Below, piece by piece: positions 1 through 7,017 of a DNA stretch of 32,000 nt. The position numbers and the translations under genes were made by a program. The DNA comes from Delftia acidovorans NBRC 14950 (GTDB lineage Bacteria > Pseudomonadota > Gammaproteobacteria > Burkholderiales > Burkholderiaceae_C), in NCBI RefSeq assembly GCF_001598795.1, contig NZ_BCZP01000002.1, forward strand, positions 373,238-405,237, in the 5' to 3' direction. Below the pieces are notes generated by a model. That model had not been told where the DNA came from. It saw only the letters and a list, made by a program, of their open reading frames with translations, and searched no databases. Positions within the stretch are counted from its first letter, which is position 1; each line of letters begins with the position of its first letter.

Positions 1-2
1 TG

Positions 3-602
3 GGGCCTGGGGGGGCGCCTTCGCCTGGAGCGGGCCAGGATGCGCGTTACCGCCGTGCACGCACGGATGGTTCGGGTGGCACCTGGTATGAGCCAGTCAC
101 TGACAAGGATCGTGTAGCGCATCTGGACAAGTACAACGATGGCTATCACGCCTTCGACGGAACCGGGGACGCCAGCGGACTGAACCAATGGATCAAGGAC
201 AACAAGCTGACCGCCGCAGATCTGGCGGAGCTTTCCGGTCTTTATGAATCCGATTGGCGCAGGTGGTTCGAAGGCGCTGGCATTCCGGCCTTCGCGAAAG
301 GTGGCCTGCACGGTGGTGGCTTGCGCATGGTGGGTGAAAGTGGTTGGGAGATCGAAGCCACCGGACCCGCGCGCCTTTGGAACCAGAGCCAACTGGGACA
401 GGCGCTGATCGGTGGTGCGGATGCTGCTGGCACTCCCTTGCTTTTGGCCATCGAGCGCCTGATTCGCGCTATCGAACAGCAGGATCCTGCCTTGCAGGAC
501 ATCAAACAGCATGTGCGCGATACGGCCGAGGTGCTGTTGCGTGTAACGCGTGGCGGCGTGGCCATGCAATCGGCTGGCGGCAGCGCCGTATTGGAGCTCT
601 GA
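3..602 (+). CDS. Phage tail tape-measure protein, C-terminal fragment (5' end outside the window)
   Basis: The frame is open from nt 3 to TGA 600-602 (the ORF track only shows it from TTG 321). It contains GGLRMVGESGWEIEATGP, which resembles the VGE(R)GPE motif found near the C-terminus of many tape-measure proteins. Its stop overlaps the next gene's start (TGATG). The call rests on motif plus context only. Confidence 0.5.
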   Translation, partial: GPGGAPSPGAGQDARYRRARTDGSGGTWYEPVTDKDRVAHLDKYNDGYHAFDGTGDASGLNQWIKDNKLTAADLAELSGLYESDWRRWFEGAGIPAFAKGGLHGGGLRMVGESGWEIEATGPARLWNQSQLGQALIGGADAAGTPLLLAIERLIRAIEQQDPALQDIKQHVRDTAEVLLRVTRGGVAMQSAGGSAVLEL

Positions 603-1309
603 TGCCAACGATCGATCAACTCGAGCAGGCGGCATCGTTGATGCCGGGCGACCTGACACTGCTGCGCCGGACGGGCCGCACGTATGCCATCGCTGCGGCG
701 GCCATCGCCGGCCCGCAGGGACCGAAGGGTGATCCGGGCGCTGCGGGAGCAACAGGTCCGCGTGGGGCGACAGGTCCTCAAGGCGAGGCCGGCGTGCAAG
801 GCCTGCAGGGGCAGCAAGGACTTCAGGGACCTGCCGGGCCCAAGGGGGATGTGGGTGCTCAGGGACTGCAGGGGCCGCAGGGAGCAACAGGACCCCAAGG
901 TCTACCGGGCACGGCAGGTGCCAAGGGAGATGCCGGCGTTCCCGGACCCCAGGGCCCGGTGGCCATTCCAACCCTGGCGTGGGGTCGCGAATTGGCAAGA
1001 GCCGGCTATCTGCGCGAGGCCAATGGTGGCGTGCTTCAGCTCGGGGGGCGCTATGCCATCTGGACGGGTGGCGGCGCGATCACCATGCATCTGCCCAAGA
1101 AGAGCGAAGTTGCGCTCGGCGATTTCGTCGAGTTCACGAATCTTCACCTCACCTGGCCTGCGTCCGCGCAGTTCACTGTTGCCCGGCAGGAGTCGGGCAC
1201 CTACATCCATGGCCACGACAGCCATCTCGTCTGCGACGTGGCCGTGGGTGGCTTTCGGCTGGTGTGCGTCTGGAAGGACGGCACCAACATCTGGTGGAAC
1301 ATCGTTTGA
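602..1309 (+). CDS. Collagen-like (G-X-Y repeat) phage tail fibre protein
   Basis: ATG 602 overlaps the upstream stop. 28 uninterrupted G-X-Y triplets (GPQGPKGDPGAAGATGPRGATGPQ...) are followed by a globular C-terminal domain. The N-terminal extension of track ORF 344..1309 is rejected. Confidence 0.8.
   Translation: MPTIDQLEQAASLMPGDLTLLRRTGRTYAIAAAAIAGPQGPKGDPGAAGATGPRGATGPQGEAGVQGLQGQQGLQGPAGPKGDVGAQGLQGPQGATGPQGLPGTAGAKGDAGVPGPQGPVAIPTLAWGRELARAGYLREANGGVLQLGGRYAIWTGGGAITMHLPKKSEVALGDFVEFTNLHLTWPASAQFTVARQESGTYIHGHDSHLVCDVAVGGFRLVCVWKDGTNIWWNIV
710..961 (+). repeat. Collagen triple-helix repeat region, 28 consecutive G-X-Y codon triplets
   Basis: Counted directly from the translation: GPQ GPK GDP GAA GAT GPR GAT GPQ GEA GVQ GLQ GQQ GLQ GPA GPK GDV GAQ GLQ GPQ GAT GPQ GLP GTA GAK GDA GVP GPQ GPV. 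Confidence 0.9.
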
Positions 1310-1316
1310 GGAAACC

Positions 1317-2234
1317 ATGATAGTTGTCCCCCCCATGCCCATCACGGCGACTGGCCTGATCGACTGCAGTGTTCCGGAGGTGGATGCCTCTGCAGGCGAG
1401 AAAGTGTGGTCGCCAACAACCCACTATGAACGTGGCGCGCAGGTTCTGCGGCTGGAGACGCAGATGCGCTATGAGAACAGCATTGCGGGAGTCGATGCGA
1501 CGCCTCCCGAGCAGGACTCCAGGCGCTGGATGCCCCTGCGTCCCAGCAATCGCTGGGCCATGTTCCGCCATCTCACGAACGATGCCACCGAAGCCCCTGC
1601 GACGTTGAGCTTCACCCTGCGCCCAGGCAAGCGCTTCGACACCCTGTTCATGCGGGGGGTACAGGCCGACAAGGTGGTGATGCAGGTCAAGTCCGCGGGC
1701 GTCGTCGTCGCCCAACGCGAGCGCAAGCTGAACGCGCGCGCCACGCGCACTTGGTCAGGCTATTTCTTTGGCGAATTTCCGCTGATTCCCACGGTTCTGA
1801 TATCGGACCTGCCTCCATTCACCGGAGCGGAAATCGTGGTCACGCTGGTGCGTGCAGGTGGCCGCCCGGTACGTGTGGAGCATGCGGCACTAGGCATGAA
1901 GAGCTGGATTGGCGATGCGGAATGGGCGCCGCGCAATGACGCGCTGAATTTCTCGGTGGTCGATCGCGACAAGTACGGCGGCATCAAGTTGCAGCCTGTG
2001 CGTAGCGTTCCCACGCTCTCGGTCAAGGTCCGCATCCCCAAGGACAACGTCGATACCGCACTGCGCCTGCGCAGGGAACTGGATGCGGCCCCGGCACTGT
2101 GGGCTGCACTGGATGACGACACCACCGATGGATATGCCGAAGCCGCGTCGATCTTCGGCCCTTACCGGCGTTTTCCCATCGACCTCAACAACGCGAAAGA
2201 CTCGTACAGCCAGATTGATTTGGAGTCCATGTAA
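1317..2234 (+). CDS. Phage tail-associated structural protein, function unknown
   Basis: ATG 1317 is preceded by GAGGA (1309-1313). It is the internal start of track ORF 684..2234, whose 5' part overlaps the collagen gene in another frame. The N-terminus carries a W-x5-Y...G-x-V...W aromatic spacing (KVWSPTTHYERGAQV...RRW) like small carbohydrate-binding modules. Position lies between fibre genes. Confidence 0.6.
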   Translation: MIVVPPMPITATGLIDCSVPEVDASAGEKVWSPTTHYERGAQVLRLETQMRYENSIAGVDATPPEQDSRRWMPLRPSNRWAMFRHLTNDATEAPATLSFTLRPGKRFDTLFMRGVQADKVVMQVKSAGVVVAQRERKLNARATRTWSGYFFGEFPLIPTVLISDLPPFTGAEIVVTLVRAGGRPVRVEHAALGMKSWIGDAEWAPRNDALNFSVVDRDKYGGIKLQPVRSVPTLSVKVRIPKDNVDTALRLRRELDAAPALWAALDDDTTDGYAEAASIFGPYRRFPIDLNNAKDSYSQIDLESM

Positions 2235-2914
2235 TGCCTATTGTCAAACCACCTCTGATTGCACAACTTCCCGTCGCTCCCTATGTCGGAGATCCCGATT
2301 TCGACGCGCATGCCGATGCCCTGCTGGGGCAGCTCGAATCGCATCGCCAGCAAATCAACGCCACGAACGATGCGACCTACACCAACGCCTTGCATGTGGA
2401 GGAGCGAGCCGGATCAGCCGAGGGCGCTGCGCGCGGTGCCTCGCAGTCCGAGGCCGCCGCCGCGCAAAGCGCCATAGCTGCTGCGGCAGCCGCTGGTGCC
2501 GTGAAATGGACTGCGGGTACAGCCTATGCGGAGGGCGCCGTGGTCTGGAGTCCGGCCAATGGCCTCAACTACCGCCGCAAGCTTGCCGGCAGCGGTGGCA
2601 ATGACCCCAGCTCCGACGCCGCCAACTGGTGGGTGATGGGGGCGCCCATGTCGGCCCCCATCCAACGCATCAGCTCCGATACGCTGGCGCAGACACGCAT
2701 GCATTACGTGATCGAAGCGGCACTCACGCTCACTTTGCCGGCAGCGCCGGCACTGAGCGATGTGGTCCAGATCACGGATCTGTCCGATTCGATGGCCGTG
2801 GCCATCCATCCCAACGGCGCCCTCATTCGCGGAGCGAGCGGCGTGATGACTCTCGATGTTCTGCGGGCAGCCGGCTCGCTTGTGTATTCCGGCTCAGCGA
2901 AAGGATGGGTGTAA
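2234..2914 (+). CDS. Phage tail fibre protein with a CBM5/12-like carbohydrate-binding motif
   Basis: ATG overlaps the upstream TAA (TAATG). An Ala-rich coiled segment is followed by VKWTAGTAYAEGAVVWSPANGLNYRRK...DPSSDAANWW, matching the W..G..Y..G..V....G..Y.......P......W pattern of chitin-binding type-3 modules. The family assignment comes from the motif only. Confidence 0.65.
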   Translation: MPIVKPPLIAQLPVAPYVGDPDFDAHADALLGQLESHRQQINATNDATYTNALHVEERAGSAEGAARGASQSEAAAAQSAIAAAAAAGAVKWTAGTAYAEGAVVWSPANGLNYRRKLAGSGGNDPSSDAANWWVMGAPMSAPIQRISSDTLAQTRMHYVIEAALTLTLPAAPALSDVVQITDLSDSMAVAIHPNGALIRGASGVMTLDVLRAAGSLVYSGSAKGWV

Positions 2915-2917
2915 GAA

Positions 2918-3220
2918 ATGCCGAATTTTTCTCAGCTTTTTGGGGGTGGGAGTGTGGTCAAAGGTGTTCAGCGAGGGGTTACAGAATCGCAGTCTGGTGC
3001 TTATGCAAATTACACAATAAAGGTGCCTATTTCTGCTGTTAATCCAGCAAAGACATTAGTAAATATATTGACTCAGTACAGCAGTGGTGCAGAGGGATGG
3101 GAAACAACAATTTCGGCACGGCTTCTAAATGCGACAACCTTGGAGATATACGCTATACGGTCGAGTCCAGGTGGCATGTTTGGTCCCGCTATCTCGTGGG
3201 AGGTTATCGAGTTTGGTTAA
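2918..3220 (+). CDS. Small (100 aa) low-GC phage-associated protein, function unknown
   Basis: ATG lies 3 nt after the fibre gene stop. It is the only ORF of at least 60 aa on either strand here. GC drops sharply (see finding). The sequence (..VKGVQRGV..ISAVNPAK..ARLLNATTLE..ISWEVIEFG) recalls small beta-rich ORFs I remember seeing downstream of tail-fibre genes, but I cannot name a family. Confidence 0.55.
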   Translation: MPNFSQLFGGGSVVKGVQRGVTESQSGAYANYTIKVPISAVNPAKTLVNILTQYSSGAEGWETTISARLLNATTLEIYAIRSSPGGMFGPAISWEVIEFG

Positions 3221-3502
3221 CAAGGTATGCTAATGAATTAAAGCGTGCATATTGGAATAAATGGCATTGGATATCTGATGCGGCAGGCCTTTGAAAACAT
3301 TGAACTGCCGCATATAATCATTCGTCAGGCATATCATGAGATTGAACGGTATAGCGTTTGGATGTTATCGGGTTCGGGGTCTTTGAGACTGCACCGAAGA
3401 ACCCGAGATCATCATCACCAGCTTCACAGTAGATCGTGAGGCTTTGTGAATACACCCACTTCACCGATTCGACGGTGCCTGTGGGTGCCACGCTGGTCCT
3501 AT

Positions 3503-3572
3503 CTGCCGAACTGCCGAACTGCCGAACTGCCGAACTGCCGAACTGCCGAACTGCCGAACTGCCGAACTGCCG
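3503..3572. repeat. Perfect tandem octanucleotide array: (CTGCCGAA) x8 plus a 6-nt partial unit
   Basis: Read directly: units start at 3503, 3511, 3519, 3527, 3535, 3543, 3551 and 3559, with partial CTGCCG at 3567-3572. There are no mismatches. Confidence 0.97.
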
Positions 3573-3587
3573 GCAGGCGCGCAGGTC

Positions 3588-3773
3588 TTGGCGAAGGAGG
3601 GCGGCTTCCGACTGCCCCTCCGGTTGTGCGATGGCTGCGAGCGCGTGGTGCTGGCCTCCATTGCCGAGGTCTCTGTCCACTTCGAGGACAGTCGGGTCTG
3701 GGAAGTGACCGAAACCATGGTCAATTCCTGCGCTTCAAGGGCTTCAAGATATTTGCCGTGGGACTTGTCCTGA
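3588..3773 (+). CDS. Orphan coding segment downstream of the octanucleotide array. It may be the distal part of a phase-variable ORF or a gene remnant.
   Basis: The frame is open from 3450. Hand-counted positional G+C for codons 3588-3722 is 30/45, 19/45 and 38/45 (positions 1/2/3), a typical coding signature for this genome. A terminator lies about 16 nt after the stop. No ATG/GTG/TTG occurs in frame before TTG 3588 and no SD precedes that TTG. Confidence 0.3.
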   Translation: MAKEGGFRLPLRLCDGCERVVLASIAEVSVHFEDSRVWEVTETMVNSCASRASRYLPWDLS

Positions 3774-3789
3774 GGCGTGACATACAACC

Positions 3790-3813
3790 AAGCCGGCTCC
3801 TGCCGGCTTTTTT
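3790..3813 (+). terminator. Rho-independent terminator
   Basis: AAGCCGGC (3790-3797), loop TCCT, GCCGGCTT (3802-3809), then a T-run to 3813. Confidence 0.7.
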
Positions 3814-3883
3814 GCGCCTGCCCGCTGGCTAGGTGTTTTCCCCCGCATGTCTTCGCCGCGACAAGCTTTCCATGCAAAATAGC

Positions 3884-3895
3884 ACGAACGTTCGT
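3884..3895. promoter_or_regulatory. Candidate TetR-family operator: perfect 12-bp palindrome ACGAACGTTCGT
   Basis: Perfect dyad centred at 3889/3890, 18 nt upstream of the TetR ATG (3913). Outer TA..TA positions (3880-81 / 3898-99) also pair. No second copy was seen elsewhere in the window. Confidence 0.5.
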
Positions 3896-3912
3896 TTTAA
3901 CAAGAATTTCGC

Positions 3913-4620
3913 ATGTCCAGCGTTTCCGCCCCACGCCGCACCACCCGTTTGACCGCTGACGCCACGGCCGATCCCAAGGCGGGCTCTTCCGTGCACGAAG
4001 CCGCTGCGCCCGCGCCGCGCCGCGCGCTGCACAAGGGGCAGCAGACCAAGGCCACCATTGTGGAGGCTGCCCTCAACCTGGCCACGCACATCGGGCTTGA
4101 GGGCCTGTCCATCGGCGCTCTGGCCGAGCTGACGGGCATGAGCAAGTCGGGCGTGTTCGCGCATTTTGGCTCGCGCGAGGAGCTGCAGATTTCCGTGGTG
4201 CATGAGTACCACGACCGTTTCGAGCAGGAAGTGTTCTTTCCCGCGCTTCAGGCGCCGCGCGGCGTGGCGCGTCTGCGGGCGCTGTTCGACAACTGGATGA
4301 AGCGCACGTCGATCGAGCTGGACTCGGGCTGCATCTATATCAGCGGCGCCGTGGAGTTTGACGACCGCACGGGGCCGGTGCGCGATGCGCTGACGGCCTC
4401 GGTCCAGACTTGGCACGCAGCCATGCGCCGCACCATCGTGCAGTGCCGCGAAAGCGGCGACCTGCGTGCCGACCTGGACGAGAACCAGCTGCTGTTCGAG
4501 ATCCACGGCCTGATCCTGGCCCTGCATTACGAGGCGCGCTTCCTGCGCAATGAAGGCTCGATGCAGCGCGCCATCGACGGCTTCGAGAGCATTCTGGCGC
4601 GCTACGCCAGCCCGACCTGA
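3913..4620 (+). CDS. TetR/AcrR-family transcriptional regulator, probable repressor of the downstream fatty-acid degradation genes
   Basis: HTH segment LSIGALAELTGMSKSGVFAHFGSREEL. It is the first gene of a same-strand beta-oxidation cluster. Confidence 0.9.
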   Translation: MSSVSAPRRTTRLTADATADPKAGSSVHEAAAPAPRRALHKGQQTKATIVEAALNLATHIGLEGLSIGALAELTGMSKSGVFAHFGSREELQISVVHEYHDRFEQEVFFPALQAPRGVARLRALFDNWMKRTSIELDSGCIYISGAVEFDDRTGPVRDALTASVQTWHAAMRRTIVQCRESGDLRADLDENQLLFEIHGLILALHYEARFLRNEGSMQRAIDGFESILARYASPT

Positions 4621-4682
4621 TTTTTCAGTTTCACCGTTTCCACCGCATCCACTGCAAACCCCGCCAACACAGGAGAAGACAA

Positions 4683-6488
4683 ATGCCCAGCTACAACCCG
4701 CCCCTGCGCGACATGCAATTCCTCATGCACGAGGTGTTCAAGGTCACGGACGACTACCAGCAGATGACGGCGCATGCCGAGGTCGATGCCGACACCATCA
4801 ATGCCGTGCTCGAAGAGGCGGGCAAGTTCGCGGCCAACGTGACGTTTCCGCTGAACATCAGCGGCGATGCAGAGGGCTGCGTGCTGAACAAGGAAACCCA
4901 CGAGGTCACCACGCCCAAGGGCTTCAAGGAGGCCTACCAGAAGTATGTGGAAGGCGGCTGGCCTTCGCTGTCCTGCGATACGGCCTACGGCGGCCAGGGC
5001 CTGCCCTTTGCGGTGAACTCGGCGGTGTACGAGATGCTCAACAGCGCCAACCAGGCCTGGACCATGTACCCGGGCCTGTCGCACGGCGCCTATGAAGCCC
5101 TGCATGTGCACGGCACGGAAGAGCAAAAGAAGCTGTACTTGCCCAAGCTGACCAGCGGCGAGTGGACCGGCACCATGTGCCTGACCGAGCCCCATTGCGG
5201 CACCGACCTGGGCCTGCTGCGCACCAAGGCCGAGCCCGTGGCCGGCGCGCCCGAGGGCACCTACAAGATCACCGGCAACAAGATCTTCATCAGCGCGGGC
5301 GAGCACGATTTCACCGACAACATCGTCCACCTGGTGCTGGCCAGACTGCCCGATGCGCCGGTAGGCTCCAAGGGCATCAGCCTGTTCGTGGTGCCCAAGT
5401 TCGTGGTCAAGGCAGATGGTTCGCTGGGCGAGCGCAACCCCATCTTCTGCGGTGCGCTGGAGCACAAGATGGGCATCCATGGCAATGCCACGGCACAGAT
5501 CAATATCGACGGCGCCATCGGCACCCTGGTGGGCCAGCCGAACAAGGGTCTGCAGGCCATGTTCGTGATGATGAATGCCGCCCGCCTGGGCGTGGGCAAC
5601 CAGTCGCTGGGCCTGACCGAGGTGGCCTACCAGAACGCCCTGGCCTATGCCAAGGACCGCCTGCAGATGCGCAGCCTGTCGGGCACCAAGGCCAAGGACA
5701 AGCCGGCCGATCCCATCATCGTCCACCCCGACGTGCGCCGCATGCTGCTGACGGCCAAGGCCTATGCCGAAGGCGGCCGTGCGCTGGTCACCTACTGCGC
5801 CTTCCTGATCGACAAGGAGTTCAACCACCCCGACGAGAAGGTGCGCAAGGACAGTGCCGAGCTGGTGGCGCTGCTGACGCCCATCGTCAAGGCCTTCATC
5901 ACCGACAACGGCTGGACGGCCACCACCATGAGCCAGCAGGTCTATGGCGGCCATGGCTTCATCACCGAATGGGGCATGGAGCAGTTCGTGCGCGATGCGC
6001 GCATCAACATGATCTATGAAGGCACGAACGGCATTCAGGCGCTGGACCTGCTGGGCCGCAAGGTGCTGGGCAACCAGGGCGCATCGCTCAAGAAGTTCGG
6101 CAAGCTGGTGGCGCAACTGGTGGAGGAAGAGGGCGTCAACGAGAAGATGGCCGAGTTCATCAACCCCATCGCCTACCTGGGCGACCAGATGACCAAGTTC
6201 ACCACCGAGATCGGCTTCAAGGGCATGCAAAACCCCGACGAGGTGGGTGCCGCGTCCGTGGACTACCTGCGTGTGGCGGGCCACCTGGTGTTCGGCTACT
6301 TCTTCGCCCGCATGGCCCAGGTGGCATTGCGCGAAATCGCCAAGGGCAATACCGACCCGTTCTACCAGGCCAAGCTGCAGACCGCGCGCTTCTACTTCGC
6401 CAAGCTGCTGCCCGAGACCGCCACGCTCATGCGCACGGCCCGCGCAGGCAGCAAGTCGCTGATGGACACGGACGCAGCGCTGGCCTGA
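4683..6488 (+). CDS. Long-form acyl-CoA dehydrogenase (about 600 aa, FadE-like)
   Basis: Motifs LTEPHCGTDL and IYEGTNGIQALDL (catalytic Glu region). SD AGGAGAAG lies upstream of ATG 4683. Confidence 0.95.
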   Translation: MPSYNPPLRDMQFLMHEVFKVTDDYQQMTAHAEVDADTINAVLEEAGKFAANVTFPLNISGDAEGCVLNKETHEVTTPKGFKEAYQKYVEGGWPSLSCDTAYGGQGLPFAVNSAVYEMLNSANQAWTMYPGLSHGAYEALHVHGTEEQKKLYLPKLTSGEWTGTMCLTEPHCGTDLGLLRTKAEPVAGAPEGTYKITGNKIFISAGEHDFTDNIVHLVLARLPDAPVGSKGISLFVVPKFVVKADGSLGERNPIFCGALEHKMGIHGNATAQINIDGAIGTLVGQPNKGLQAMFVMMNAARLGVGNQSLGLTEVAYQNALAYAKDRLQMRSLSGTKAKDKPADPIIVHPDVRRMLLTAKAYAEGGRALVTYCAFLIDKEFNHPDEKVRKDSAELVALLTPIVKAFITDNGWTATTMSQQVYGGHGFITEWGMEQFVRDARINMIYEGTNGIQALDLLGRKVLGNQGASLKKFGKLVAQLVEEEGVNEKMAEFINPIAYLGDQMTKFTTEIGFKGMQNPDEVGAASVDYLRVAGHLVFGYFFARMAQVALREIAKGNTDPFYQAKLQTARFYFAKLLPETATLMRTARAGSKSLMDTDAALA

Positions 6489-6568
6489 ACGGCTTCACTC
6501 CAACATGGGAGCGCGGGCTGTGCGCATCAGCGTGGCCTGCGCGCCTTTCTAGGCGAAAGGGGTTTGAA

Positions 6569-7009
6569 ATGAAGGCATATCAAGCACTGGCAGCAATGGT
6601 CCTGGGCCTCACGGCTGCCGCAGCGCAGGCGCAGATGACGCCCGTGGGCCTGTGGAAGAGCGTCGACGACAAGAGCGGCGAGGCCAAGTCCGAGATCCGC
6701 GTGGCCGAGAACGACGGCGTGGTCACGGGCCGCATCGAGCAGATCCTGCGAAAGGGCGCCGATCCGGCCGCCACCTGCACCGAATGCTCGGACGACCGCA
6801 AGGGCCAGCCGCTCAAGGGGCTGGAGATCATCCGCGGCGCCAAGAAGGCCGAGGGCAAGGACGTCTGGGAAGGCGGCAAGATCCTCGACCCCGAAAACGG
6901 CAAGACCTACACGCTGCGCCTGACGCCCATCGAAGGCGGCGCCAAGCTCGAGGTGCGCGGCTCCATCGGCCCCTTCGGCCGCACCCAGACCTGGGTGCGC
7001 GTGCAGTAA
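6569..7009 (+). CDS. Secreted DUF2147-family protein
   Basis: Signal peptide MKAYQALAAMVLGLTAAAAQA. The GLWKSVDD...C..C...GKILDPENGKTY pattern is typical of DUF2147. Confidence 0.85.
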   Translation: MKAYQALAAMVLGLTAAAAQAQMTPVGLWKSVDDKSGEAKSEIRVAENDGVVTGRIEQILRKGADPAATCTECSDDRKGQPLKGLEIIRGAKKAEGKDVWEGGKILDPENGKTYTLRLTPIEGGAKLEVRGSIGPFGRTQTWVRVQ

Positions 7010-7017
7010 ACCATTCC

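Larger units (their letters stand above)
1..3440 (+). mobile_element. Tail/tail-fibre end of a prophage or phage-tail-like element. The left boundary is outside the window; the right boundary is undefined, somewhere between 3221 and about 3830.
   Basis: Five same-strand, tightly packed genes (TGATG overlap at 600-604, 7-nt gap before 1317, TAATG overlap at 2232-2236, 3-nt gap before 2918). They encode a tape-measure C-terminus, a collagen-like fibre, two proteins with carbohydrate-binding-like W/Y motifs and a small low-GC ORF. No integrase, tRNA or att repeat is visible in the window. Confidence 0.6.

Noticed and set aside
344-2234. N-terminal extensions of track ORFs 344..1309 and 684..2234, which would make overlapping 321-aa and 516-aa proteins
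   Set aside because: - The 5' parts overlap the neighbouring genes in other frames and translate to Arg/Pro-rich sequence.
- Internal ATGs at 602 (TGATG coupling) and 1317 (GAGGA SD) give non-overlapping, tightly packed genes.
2234-3440. Diversity-generating retroelement targeting the tail fibre (VR/TR pair plus reverse transcriptase)
   Set aside because: No reverse-transcriptase ORF follows the fibre genes. I could not find a second near-identical copy of the fibre 3' end (template repeat) downstream.
3503-3572. Could the short direct repeats be a CRISPR array?
   Set aside because: The units are only 8 nt, strictly contiguous and without spacers. No cas genes or leader are present. It is a simple tandem repeat.
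3245-3680. Weak ORFs in the low-GC spacer: + 3245..3439 (64 aa, GTG start; 53 aa from ATG 3278) and - 3318..3680 (120 aa, GTG start, crosses the repeat)
   Set aside because: - They exclude each other. Neither has an SD, a codon-position signal or a recognisable motif.
- They are kept only as alternatives inside the junction findings, not as features.
3221-3912. Search for a tRNA gene, tRNA 3' fragment or att core marking the prophage boundary
   Set aside because: - No T-loop (GGTTCGAAT-like) or acceptor/CCA-type pattern and no cloverleaf could be found by eye.
- The TCGGGTTC...GAACCCGA inverted repeat at about 3368-3406 has a 23-nt loop and does not fit a tRNA arm.
- attL is outside the window, so no direct-repeat comparison is possible.
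3461-3934. Minus-strand ORF with ...AWLYVTPQDKSHGKYL..., faintly like the N-terminus of P4-type integrases (GLYL.V.P.G.K.W)
   Set aside because: - The resemblance is limited to about 8 residues. The rest is S/T/R-rich antisense-type sequence.
- It shares wobble positions with the better-behaved plus-strand frame, so its apparent GC3 signal is borrowed.
- It would also run through the TetR promoter.
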